A stretch of 64,000 nt of DNA from Methanoregula sp. GTDB lineage: Archaea; Halobacteriota; Methanomicrobia; Methanomicrobiales; Methanospirillaceae. Shown piece after piece: positions 36,781 to 45,271 of this stretch. The notes under the pieces are model-generated. The model saw only the letters and a list, made by a program, of their open reading frames with translations, was not told where the DNA came from and did no database searches. Where the stretch lies: positions 32,001 through 96,000 of the forward strand of contig JBDKTL010000030.1 in the NCBI GenBank assembly GCA_039698055.1, written 5' to 3'. Position 1 is the stretch's first letter. Every line of letters starts with the position of its first letter. The position numbers and the translations under genes are program-made.

Positions 36781-39700
36781 TCATACTAAACCCACTTTCC
36801 GTGCATCATCCCGCACGCCTCTCCCGTAACAATGCTCGCAGAGCTTCACGCCCATCTCGCGATCCAGCCACACCGCCTTCGCAATCCCGCAGACCGAGCA
36901 CTTCCCGATATCCGCCGTCACCCGGCTGCACCGGGAGATCTCCACGGCCCCGGGCAGCGGGACCGATGCGGTCTGTTCCGTTTTTACTGCCTCGTTGAAA
37001 CATGAGCGGCAGATCCGTCGGGCCTCCTGCTGGTCCCTGGGCCGGGCCCGGCGCTCTTTGGTATATTTTTCAATATACCGGGAGCCTTTCTTTCCGCAGG
37101 CATAGCACGGTGTCTTCGGCTCCGGGATCTCGAGTTTTTTGTAATCACCGGCCCTGATGGACCGGGGCGGATCCTTGTTTACAGCAGGGGGTGGGGAATC
37201 CGGGCTCGTTTCAGCAGTTTTACAGCATGTGCTGTAAGAGCCCGGGGAGACCGGTGGGGCCGGATTCGGCTTTTGAACCGCTCCGGTCAGAGATCGTTTT
37301 TTATTTACAGCATTTTCAGAATCATGAAGACACTGATCTGTATCTTTTCCGGAATTTTGACCGTCTCCATAATTCCGGTTTTGCTGTAAATGACCATCCT
37401 TTAGTACAGAATTATTTGTACAATCATCTTCTTTGCAGGAACCGGGCGCACCGGGTTTACCATTTTGATTTACAGCAGTTGCTGTAAAACTGCTGTAAAC
37501 GTGCTGTAATGCTGTAAATGAACCTGCGCCGCCATCCTCATCGCTGTCCTTCGGGTCATGATCGAGCCAGCAGGCCCCGCCGTTCGCCCACTGCCGGAAG
37601 ATCTCGCGGCTCCACGTAAATGCCTCGGTCCTGCGCCGGACTGAAACGCCCTCTTCATCATTTATCGTCACCGTCCGGTCCGTGAACGAGAGGGCCGGGC
37701 ACTTCTCCAGCAGCCCGGTGTAATTCTTCCCCCGGCTGTCGTAGCCTTTGATCATCCGGTAAATGCCCATGTAGGACCCGCCTGTGAATCGCTGGAGGTC
37801 CTGGATAGTGAACTCCGGTTGGTCGGCCTTCTCGATGATGGCGAGCAGGTCAGACTCTTTCTTCGTCATCTTTGATTCCTGCCCGCCCGCGGTCCCGTTC
37901 AGGAGCGTGAAGACATCGTTCGCGGCCGAGAAGTCGGCCTCATTCGCGTACACGCAGAGCGTCCCGTCCTCGCTCGTCTTCTGCTGCCGCTGCATGAAGA
38001 AAAGGGCTGCGTGGCTTTTGATCAGGTCGTAGAGCATGTCGGGGTTGCGCCGGTTGCAGATGGCGTTGAACCGGATCCGCTTCGAGTAGGGGATGATCAC
38101 CCAGATCATCTGCTCGTGCAGGATCTCCCAGATTGCCCTGCAGGTCCTCAGCTCATCTGTCTCTTCAACGAACAGGTCCGGGTCCAGCATCTCGCGGGCC
38201 TGCTTCGCCTCAAGTACCCGGGCGTCTTGCTCAGCTGACTCATCGATCCAGCAGGTCAGCATCCGGTTCATCACCTGATCATCGCCAGTCCCTTCCTTCT
38301 TCGCAATCCACCAGACGCACCGCTCGGGGATCGTGCAGACCCGCGAAGTCAGGTCCTTCGTGACCGTCGTGTGCGTAATCGGTTCGTGAAAGTTCGAGGT
38401 CGCGGATTTCAGGATCTCCTGAATGCCGTCCGAGAGTTCGGTGTCGTCGCTCATCAGGACCGTGCGAGGCCGGAGGTCTTTCATGTAATAGAGCGCCTTG
38501 TTGCTCACCGTGCCTTTCACCTTGTACGCATCCGGCACCTGGCGCATCATCTTCCGGAAGGCATGGGTCTTGCCCTTGCCAGAATCACCGGTCACGGAGA
38601 CATGCAGCCCGTCCGAATTCTTCACGGCTTGTGATGCCATTGAGAGGACCATGCACCGGGCTACGATCTCGTCGCCAACATGCTCCTGGGCGAAGGTCCG
38701 GAGCATCAGGGCCACCGGGTCGCCATGTTCGAGCACATCGAGGGCCGCTGCCCGGTTGTCGGGTGAGCCCGCAACCGGGGCCGAGCATGGGTCGGTTCTC
38801 CCTTCTTGCTCAACCTTTGCCCGGGCCCGGTCCTTCCGGGCGGTCTGCTGTTTTTGCTCCCAGCCCTTCCGCTTCGTAGCCCGGTCCGGCTCATACCGCT
38901 CGCGGAGCTCCTGCCAGCGCTGCGTACCGCCTCCGCAGGACGTGTGCTTGCAACCGGCGAAGACTGCGCCGTTCCCGAACTGGATCGCAAAGCCCCCGTC
39001 CTTGTGCGCTGACGAGAACGGGCACTGGTCGAAGATGAAGAGTGTGCCGCCGCTGTACGGCTTCTCGGTCCTGACATCGAGGCCGTGGTCTGCGAGCCAG
39101 TGGCGCAGGTCGAAGCCCTTGCCATTCACCGTTGCCGGCTGCGGCTGTGCGTGCTGTTCGGTCGGCAGCCGGGCCGCGAGATCCCTGAGCTGTTCCGCTG
39201 TCGCAATCTTCAGCTCATCCGGGGCCGAGATGATGCGGCTCCTCCGGTACGGACGTTCCGGGGTGTTGTCACCCTTCCGCGATATCGTACCGTAGAGTTT
39301 CCAGATGCGGGCCGCGTTGAAGTTCGCAGTATCCACGTTCACCCGCTCATCTGAGAAGAGCGTGTCGAGCGTTGCGAGGCAAGCCTTCACGAGTGCTGTT
39401 GCTGCTTCATCGTTCGGCAGATCGATGCGGTACAGAAGGTGGGCCCCGTTGCCGGAGTCGGCCCGGACCGGTTCCGGGAAACCTAGCCCGGCCATCCACC
39501 GGGCAATCTCTTCGGCTTTTGCCAGGGCCAGCCCGTGCTCCTCATCAGTACTCGACACACCACTCGGTCGCAGCGGGTCGATGTCGATCGGCAGCCAGCG
39601 GCGGCGCAGGATATCCGCATCGCTCGTCGTGCTGTCCTTCTTGCCGAGCCGCATCTTGATCCGGTTCGCCCGGCGCGAGAGCAGGGCCGGGTTCACCTCG

Positions 39701-39882
39701 TTCAGCGTGACGTAGATGCCGTGTACTGAACTGTCTGTATCCAGCGGCTCAACGGCCTTGATGAGCGCAGCATGATCACTGAAGTAGCCGCTGTGGGTGA
39801 ACTGGTCGGTGAGTGCCCGGACCTCGACGACCTGCCAGGGCCCGGCTAATCGGGCAACGGCATCACGGAGCAGACCATCCAC
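36781..39882 (-). CDS. Primase-polymerase (AEP-like) / P-loop helicase replication protein
   Basis: WLPIDID and DSGNGAHL (AEP motifs), CPF..H...CKH..C zinc motif, GDSGKGKT Walker A, C-terminal CxxC pairs. Confidence 0.8.
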   Translation of the reverse strand: MDGLLRDAVARLAGPWQVVEVRALTDQFTHSGYFSDHAALIKAVEPLDTDSSVHGIYVTLNEVNPALLSRRANRIKMRLGKKDSTTSDADILRRRWLPIDIDPLRPSGVSSTDEEHGLALAKAEEIARWMAGLGFPEPVRADSGNGAHLLYRIDLPNDEAATALVKACLATLDTLFSDERVNVDTANFNAARIWKLYGTISRKGDNTPERPYRRSRIISAPDELKIATAEQLRDLAARLPTEQHAQPQPATVNGKGFDLRHWLADHGLDVRTEKPYSGGTLFIFDQCPFSSAHKDGGFAIQFGNGAVFAGCKHTSCGGGTQRWQELRERYEPDRATKRKGWEQKQQTARKDRARAKVEQEGRTDPCSAPVAGSPDNRAAALDVLEHGDPVALMLRTFAQEHVGDEIVARCMVLSMASQAVKNSDGLHVSVTGDSGKGKTHAFRKMMRQVPDAYKVKGTVSNKALYYMKDLRPRTVLMSDDTELSDGIQEILKSATSNFHEPITHTTVTKDLTSRVCTIPERCVWWIAKKEGTGDDQVMNRMLTCWIDESAEQDARVLEAKQAREMLDPDLFVEETDELRTCRAIWEILHEQMIWVIIPYSKRIRFNAICNRRNPDMLYDLIKSHAALFFMQRQQKTSEDGTLCVYANEADFSAANDVFTLLNGTAGGQESKMTKKESDLLAIIEKADQPEFTIQDLQRFTGGSYMGIYRMIKGYDSRGKNYTGLLEKCPALSFTDRTVTINDEEGVSVRRRTEAFTWSREIFRQWANGGACWLDHDPKDSDEDGGAGSFTALQHVYSSFTATAVNQNGKPGAPGSCKEDDCTNNSVLKDGHLQQNRNYGDGQNSGKDTDQCLHDSENAVNKKRSLTGAVQKPNPAPPVSPGSYSTCCKTAETSPDSPPPAVNKDPPRSIRAGDYKKLEIPEPKTPCYACGKKGSRYIEKYTKERRARPRDQQEARRICRSCFNEAVKTEQTASVPLPGAVEISRCSRVTADIGKCSVCGIAKAVWLDREMGVKLCEHCYGRGVRDDARKVGLV

Positions 39883-39932
39883 ACGTCACCACCCGGGTCC
39901 CTGCTCTGGTCTGCGGTGAAAAAATTACCAGG

Positions 39933-40172
39933 TCAGCCATGCCCGTCGCCTTCTTCCGGGGCAGGCTCCTCCTGCCTCACTCGCTCCGCGTGCTCATCGA
40001 AGGTCTCGACCTTCACGGTATAGCGGTGATGGAATTTTCGCTCGACAAAGATGTGAAAGACCGATTCGCCCTTCTTCTTGATCAGGTCCGCGATTGCTTT
40101 CGGGATCAGGTAGAGCGGGATGCCATCGACTTTTTCAGTCATGACTGCCGGCTTCTTCTCCTCAGTGGGCAT
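39933..40172 (-). CDS. Hypothetical protein
   Basis: GAGGTG RBS inside the upstream gene; part of the coupled operon. Confidence 0.6.
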   Translation of the reverse strand: MPTEEKKPAVMTEKVDGIPLYLIPKAIADLIKKKGESVFHIFVERKFHHRYTVKVETFDEHAERVRQEEPAPEEGDGHG

Positions 40173-40533
40173 AGGCAGCCACCTCGCGGATCTCGTCCGG
40201 CAATATCTCGTAACAGTGGAGGGAGCCGTTGGGCGAACTCACCCAGAGCTCGCAACGGATGAAGATGTTGCCCGGGTACCGGGTCAACAGCGAGCGGAAC
40301 TGGCAGATCTCGAACCTGCAGAGCGATTCAACGTACGGGATGTTCAGGGCACCGGTCGCGGTCCGGAGTTTGACACCCAGGATCTCGTAATCGCCCCGCA
40401 ACCCGACAAGATGAAGCGGGATGTACTCTGCAAGAAAACTGCTCCCTACCGGCAGAACCGGCTCGTAGCCCCGGGAGACGAGGAGTTCCAAACCCCGCTG
40501 CCGGGAGGCGGACCGGGCGCTCTGCGCCATCAT
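40162..40533 (-). CDS. Hjc/PD-(D/E)xK-fold-like protein, degenerate active site, paralogue 3
   Basis: LELL.SRGYEP..PLHLVG..GVKLR..ELWV..YEI..DEIREV. Confidence 0.65.
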   Translation of the reverse strand: MMAQSARSASRQRGLELLVSRGYEPVLPVGSSFLAEYIPLHLVGLRGDYEILGVKLRTATGALNIPYVESLCRFEICQFRSLLTRYPGNIFIRCELWVSSPNGSLHCYEILPDEIREVAAYAH

Positions 40534-40946
40534 ACAGCACCCCCATCACCACCGGCGTTTTGCCCGCGACACAGGATCTCCCGGATACCGTCGCGGGTAA
40601 TTTCGAACTGCTGGAACTGCCGTGAGGGAATCGAGATCCAGACTTCGAACCGGGAAGCCAGAAGGCCGGAAGGAAGCTGTAAAAAGAATTTCTTCATCCG
40701 CCCCATCTCATCCCGGCAGAACTCCTCGGCATCACTCAGCGAGACAAGGGGACGAAGGGAGATCTTCAGTTTCACCATCACATTGTCAATGGTCCCATCG
40801 TCCAGTTCCTTGCGTGCGGTCAGGTTGTAGGGGATGTACCGCGAAGTCCGGACAATGTCGCTGACTATCATCGGCTCGTAGCCCAGGCTGAGCAGGATGT
40901 TTCCCGCCTGTTGCTCCAGAACATGGAAGCGGTGGACGGCACTCAT
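40530..40946 (-). CDS. Hjc/PD-(D/E)xK-fold-like protein, degenerate active site, paralogue 2
   Basis: LEQQA..LL.LGYEP..PYNLTA..MVKLK..EVWI..FEI..DGIREI; ATGA overlaps. Confidence 0.65.
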   Translation of the reverse strand: MSAVHRFHVLEQQAGNILLSLGYEPMIVSDIVRTSRYIPYNLTARKELDDGTIDNVMVKLKISLRPLVSLSDAEEFCRDEMGRMKKFFLQLPSGLLASRFEVWISIPSRQFQQFEITRDGIREILCRGQNAGGDGGAV

Positions 40947-41347
40947 GCCGCACCCCCGGAGTGCGATGCTACGGATCGGTACAGCGAGCGTTTCGGGATC
41001 TCCCGGATGCTGTCCCTCATGACCTCGAAGCACCGGAATCCGTAGGTCAGCGAGTAGATCCAGATCTCGTAATGATACCCGGCTTCCCCGATGTGGCGGG
41101 CGATGTGCTTGCGGAACTGCGAAAGGTCAATGCCGCATTTCTGCATGACCATATCGACCGTTGAGGGGAGATGGGAGAATTTACGGATGCGGATGAACCG
41201 TTTCTCGCCGGAATCCCGCTCCGCGACAAGGTGGGCCGGCGGCTGGTTCTTGTTGAAACCGGGCGGGATGACCTGGACCCGGTAACCATGCAGCCTGAGG
41301 AGCTCGCGGGCCCCGTCCTCGATGAGCGTTCCGCGACGGCTGGTCAT
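40943..41347 (-). CDS. Hjc/PD-(D/E)xK-fold-like protein, degenerate active site, paralogue 1
   Basis: IEDGARELL..HGYRV..PAHLVA..FIRIRK..EIWI..FEV..DSIREI. Confidence 0.65.
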   Translation of the reverse strand: MTSRRGTLIEDGARELLRLHGYRVQVIPPGFNKNQPPAHLVAERDSGEKRFIRIRKFSHLPSTVDMVMQKCGIDLSQFRKHIARHIGEAGYHYEIWIYSLTYGFRCFEVMRDSIREIPKRSLYRSVASHSGGAA

Positions 41348-41712
41348 GATGCAGCACCTCCCTTGTGCGGCGTAAGTATTTCCGGTTCCGGTACATCTCC
41401 CGGGACCTCGAAGAGAATGCAGGAGACGTCTTCGCCGAGCGCAACCGCGATGAACCGGTCGCGGGGGAGCATGTACCGGACACTGCCGACCGAGATAATG
41501 ACGGCCCGGCCCGAGGGATTGAGGGAAACCAAGCCGGATGCGACCGGGTTACCGGACGGGTCCGGGTTTTTCTGCAGCAGGGGGATGGTCTCTCCGACAA
41601 ACAGTAGCATCCCCATATCTTCTGGGCGGATGAAATACGATTTGTCCCAGATCCGGATGTGGACATAGCCGTCGCTCCCGGTCAGCACGATACCGGCGGA
41701 GAAATGGCTCAT
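41344..41712 (-). CDS. Hypothetical protein, homologue of 8220-8573
   Basis: SGRAVIISVGSVRYMLP...ALGE; GGAGG RBS. Confidence 0.7.
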   Translation of the reverse strand: MSHFSAGIVLTGSDGYVHIRIWDKSYFIRPEDMGMLLFVGETIPLLQKNPDPSGNPVASGLVSLNPSGRAVIISVGSVRYMLPRDRFIAVALGEDVSCILFEVPGDVPEPEILTPHKGGAAS

Positions 41713-41840
41713 ACTGATCCTCCCGCCAGCCTGCCTCCTTCAGTGAGGAATTTAAAGATGGAAATAGAAGTATCTATGGCAGTCTCACGGCGTGACTGGG
41801 TAAGTTTTGTTTGTGAGCTGCCACTGGTTATTGCGTGCAT
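41709..41840 (-). CDS. 43-aa hypothetical protein (not in ORF track)
   Basis: AGGAGGT RBS; ATGA overlap with the 41712 start. Confidence 0.5.
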   Translation of the reverse strand: MHAITSGSSQTKLTQSRRETAIDTSISIFKFLTEGGRLAGGSV

Positions 41841-41983
41841 GATACCTCCTCTTTTGTGACGATCTTCCAGCGCCCGTGTTCAACCATCTTCTTCCCGATG
41901 CCATAGAAGCCGGACCGCTTCTCGTAGGCTTCCACGGCTTCCTGCGTTACCCGCAGGGGTTCGCGATTTATTGTGTTCTGCAT
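41828..41983 (-). CDS. 51-aa basic hypothetical protein (not in ORF track)
   Basis: GGTGA RBS; MQNTINREPLRVTQEAVEAYEKRSGFYGIGKKMVEHGRWKIV...; overlaps the next gene. Confidence 0.55.
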   Translation of the reverse strand: MQNTINREPLRVTQEAVEAYEKRSGFYGIGKKMVEHGRWKIVTKEEVSCTQ

Positions 41984-42688
41984 GTTTTCACCGACTTTGT
42001 TAAGTTGTGTTCAGCCACATTCCCCAATTGTTGAAACGTTCTTTTTCCCTCGTGTCACGCAAAGCAACGGCTATCATCCGGTCAGATGCCACTCTCCTCG
42101 AAACGGCAGGTGGCCTATCGGATCAAAGCAATAAGCGGATCACGGTTAACGATTGCCTGAAATCTACAGACTATCACCAAAAAAAGTAAAGAGCGAGAAT
42201 ATCGGGGAGTGGTTGCCTGTCAGCCGGCAGCACTGGCCCGTGTTCTTCTTACATCCTTTTCCGGACGCCAAGCTGTTCATCCTGACCCGGCTCTTTTGCA
42301 ATGCAACCGGTTCGGGCCGACGGATCAGGGCCGTGATCTTCGTCGTGATCGAAGCCACTGCGGTCTTTATCCGGCTGCCCGCCTTTTGGAGGAAGTCCAA
42401 CAGCATTGTAATTGTTTTATAAATTCGCAGTTGTTTAAAGTGTTTTCTGAACCAGCGGGTTACATGGGCGCTTTTTGTCGTACACGTGTAACACAATTGG
42501 CAGATTTTACTGCACCAGAATGCCAAGCGCGGCTGGAATTATTGAGAAATGGAAAAGCAATACTTTGAATTTTTCAGTCAAGTACCAGAGGGTGCGGGAG
42601 GTGCCGCAAATTTTGTGAAGTCATTAATGCGAGTGGATGGCAAGTAGAAAGGTAAAAACGGATATATATCGAAGGGATAATTTTAGAT

Positions 42689-43654
42689 ATGGTCTTTGGG
42701 AAGAATTTTTTGAAGTCTATTACTTCATTCTTTCCAGATCGAGAAAAAGTTCTTGAAGAGATTGAAGATTTGAAGGTAACTTGCGAACTTGAAACGGCGA
42801 AGATCGGGTTCGGTTTTTTGTTTATTGTTGTTTCAGCATACGGGCTTCATAATTTGGTTACTCCAATAATCCCAGAAATGCCATCCTGGGGTTTTACATT
42901 ACTCTTTTCATTACTTTTCAGCTTGTTGATGTTTGGTCTTAATTTAACGATCAATGGATTAACTTCGAACGCTGCCAGAAACAAAAAATTCCAAGATGGA
43001 GTAAATAGAAAATTAGAGGCTTTAATCTCAAGAGGAACTCCACCAGAGAATATCCAAGAAGCTGAGGAAACTATGACTTCCCAAGAGAAAAGTAACAAAT
43101 TTGGTGAGACACTCATAAAAATAGGATTTGCAGTTTTCATAGTAGTTTATATCATTTGGTTTGTCTGGACAATGAGCCAGCATTCGAATGATTCGCAATA
43201 TATTACAACGGCCATTCTTGCAATTCCAACATTAGTTGTTGCAGTGGTCACGTACATGTACGTTTTATTGACAAGGGATCTTGTAAAAATTAACCAAGAT
43301 CTTGTCAATGCCCAAAAACAGCCAATATTTTCACTTGATATTGAAAATAGGGAAGGATGCCGTGTTGTTAACCTGTGGAATACCGGAGAAGTCGCAAGAA
43401 ATGTTACGATTATCTTTACTGCCAATTGGGATTTTCAACAGCCTTCAATTAATCTCCTCTCTCTGAAGCGAGATTCGCAATGTGAATTATTGGATAATAT
43501 AAGTCAAATTTTAGGCAATGGTCATATTTGGACGGTAACGGTTGACTATGAAAACATTTTCTCGCAACATTTCCATGAAGTTTTCCCACTATCTAATGAG
43601 AAGTTGCAATCTCTGGGAACCACTCGAATAATAATACCTGGTGGAGTGCTATAA
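42689..43654 (+). CDS. AT-rich hypothetical membrane protein
   Basis: 321 aa, four TM segments plus a soluble C-terminal domain. Confidence 0.7.
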   Translation: MVFGKNFLKSITSFFPDREKVLEEIEDLKVTCELETAKIGFGFLFIVVSAYGLHNLVTPIIPEMPSWGFTLLFSLLFSLLMFGLNLTINGLTSNAARNKKFQDGVNRKLEALISRGTPPENIQEAEETMTSQEKSNKFGETLIKIGFAVFIVVYIIWFVWTMSQHSNDSQYITTAILAIPTLVVAVVTYMYVLLTRDLVKINQDLVNAQKQPIFSLDIENREGCRVVNLWNTGEVARNVTIIFTANWDFQQPSINLLSLKRDSQCELLDNISQILGNGHIWTVTVDYENIFSQHFHEVFPLSNEKLQSLGTTRIIIPGGVL

Positions 43655-43719
43655 GAGGTTGAATTTCATCGTCGAGCAACTAGGTTATGGGGGAATTCGT
43701 ATAACCCCCCGTAAAAAAA

Positions 43720-44952
43720 TTATAATTCCCCTTTCCTCTTCATCTCCGCAATCCTTTCATCAATCAGCTGCCGCAGAATATCCGGGTTGTCCCTGAGGAC
43801 GCTCTGCTGGATTCCCTCATCGGTATCGATCACAACATCGGAAAGATGCTGGCCGCACGAGAAACAGTAGTTTGAGGTGGGAGGATTGATCTTCCGGCAG
43901 TGCGGGCACTGGATCGGTTCCAGCCGTGATGTTGCATTTCCGTTATCCACGACAGTTATCCCGTAGGATTTGAGCATCGCAGAATCGATATCCTGCCCGG
44001 TGAGATGGGCGTAGGTCCGGAACATATCGGTGCTGATGTTGCCCCACATCATGAGCTTGATCACGCTTTCCGGTACTTGTTCCTTGATGAGATGCGTGAT
44101 ACGGCTGTGCCGGAAGATGTGGGGTGTGACATGTTTCTCAATGCCCGCATGCCTGGCAATAACCTTGAGATGCTTGTTGATGGTCGCATGGATGAGAGGT
44201 TTGCCATGCACGTTCACGAAGACCAGCGCGTTCCCGCTCGGGTCCGGTTTGTAGCAGGCCCGCCACTGTGCCAGGTATTCGTTTGCCATTATGAGCCGGA
44301 CGTACCGGGGCATGTTGGTCTTGAAGTTCACGTTCGCAATGACACCGTATTTATCGAACGTGAGATCGCCCCAGGTCATGGTCCCGATCTCGCCAATGCG
44401 GAACCCTCCTTCGTACAGCGTCATGATGAGAGCCCGTTCCACGGGGCGGGTGCACGCTTTGATCATCGCGGTGATCTCGTCCGGTGTCAGCAAGTCGGCG
44501 GCCACCTTGGTCATAGGATCCTTGGCGGGTATCCGGAGTTTGCGGAGCTTGGTCTCGCTGAGATCTGAATACTTGTTCTCAATCATCCAGAGGTAGAACT
44601 GTTTGAGGATGGCAACGAAATCGCTGATCGTGTTCTGCTTGAATGGGCGCTCACGGCTGCTCTTTGCATTTCTCAATTCTGGAATCGCGGCGTAGAGATC
44701 ACCGATGGTGTTGCTTGAAAACGGCCCGATGAACCGGCGCCAGCCCACGAGAGTAAACGTGAGTTTGTTCGCCCGCCCGGTGCTGATGTTCTTGCAGGAC
44801 CGGAGTTCCGAGACGAATTCCCGGATCTGGGCAGCGTCAGCCTGGGTGAGGGTGAATTTCTCAAGGGCGTGCCTGATTGAATTTTCTGCCAGTTCATTCC
44901 TCATTGGATGGAAAGTACTGGCTGGAAGTACTTGAGCGACTGGGTAAGTCAT
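43720..44952 (-). CDS. Tyrosine recombinase/integrase with C-terminal zinc ribbon
   Basis: YEGGFRIGE (R), KT, TPHIFRHSR (HxxR), TYAHL (Y), CPHC...CFSCG. Confidence 0.92.
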   Translation of the reverse strand: MTYPVAQVLPASTFHPMRNELAENSIRHALEKFTLTQADAAQIREFVSELRSCKNISTGRANKLTFTLVGWRRFIGPFSSNTIGDLYAAIPELRNAKSSRERPFKQNTISDFVAILKQFYLWMIENKYSDLSETKLRKLRIPAKDPMTKVAADLLTPDEITAMIKACTRPVERALIMTLYEGGFRIGEIGTMTWGDLTFDKYGVIANVNFKTNMPRYVRLIMANEYLAQWRACYKPDPSGNALVFVNVHGKPLIHATINKHLKVIARHAGIEKHVTPHIFRHSRITHLIKEQVPESVIKLMMWGNISTDMFRTYAHLTGQDIDSAMLKSYGITVVDNGNATSRLEPIQCPHCRKINPPTSNYCFSCGQHLSDVVIDTDEGIQQSVLRDNPDILRQLIDERIAEMKRKGEL

Positions 44953-45014
44953 AGAAAAGTTTCTGAAATAATGGCTTTAAAAAGGAAACTGAAGCATCGA
45001 ACTTCGCGTCCAGA

Positions 45015-45097
45015 TGCGAGAAGCAGGAGTCGAACCTGCGAACCCCTACGGGAACGGATCTTGAGTCCGCCTCTGTTGGCCACTTAGATATTCTCGC
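45015..45097 (-). tRNA. tRNA-Leu(CAA)
   Basis: Acceptor GCGAGAA/TTCTCGC-A, anticodon arm GCGGA-CTCAAGA-TCCGT, long variable arm, T-arm GCAGG-TTCGACT-CCTGC. Confidence 0.93.
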
Positions 45098-45271
45098 GTG
45101 GATTACTATTTGCTTTCAGGATAGTAAAATGCTTGTGAGTCCCGGAAAATATCATTTTGTTATACCCGGTGAAGAGCCTGCAAATCCTCATAAAACCGAT
45201 CGTAAAGGGGATTTCCACGAACGCCGTTGGAAGTGCCAGACCTGAATGAACAATTTTCACTGGAAATCAAA

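Larger units (their letters stand above)
26370..45014. mobile_element. Putative integrated element at tRNA-Leu(CAA) (left boundary uncertain)
   Basis: Integrase next to the tRNA 3' end; primase-helicase, phage-type MTase, AT-rich defence-like cargo. No duplicated tRNA end found. Confidence 0.7.

Noticed and set aside
42192-42202. GCGAGAATATC identical to the tRNA 5' end
   Set aside because: 11 bp, opposite orientation, internal to the element; cannot fold as tRNA; likely chance.
42153-42568. Overlapping short ORFs on both strands
   Set aside because: No clear RBS or motifs; more likely the divergent promoter region.
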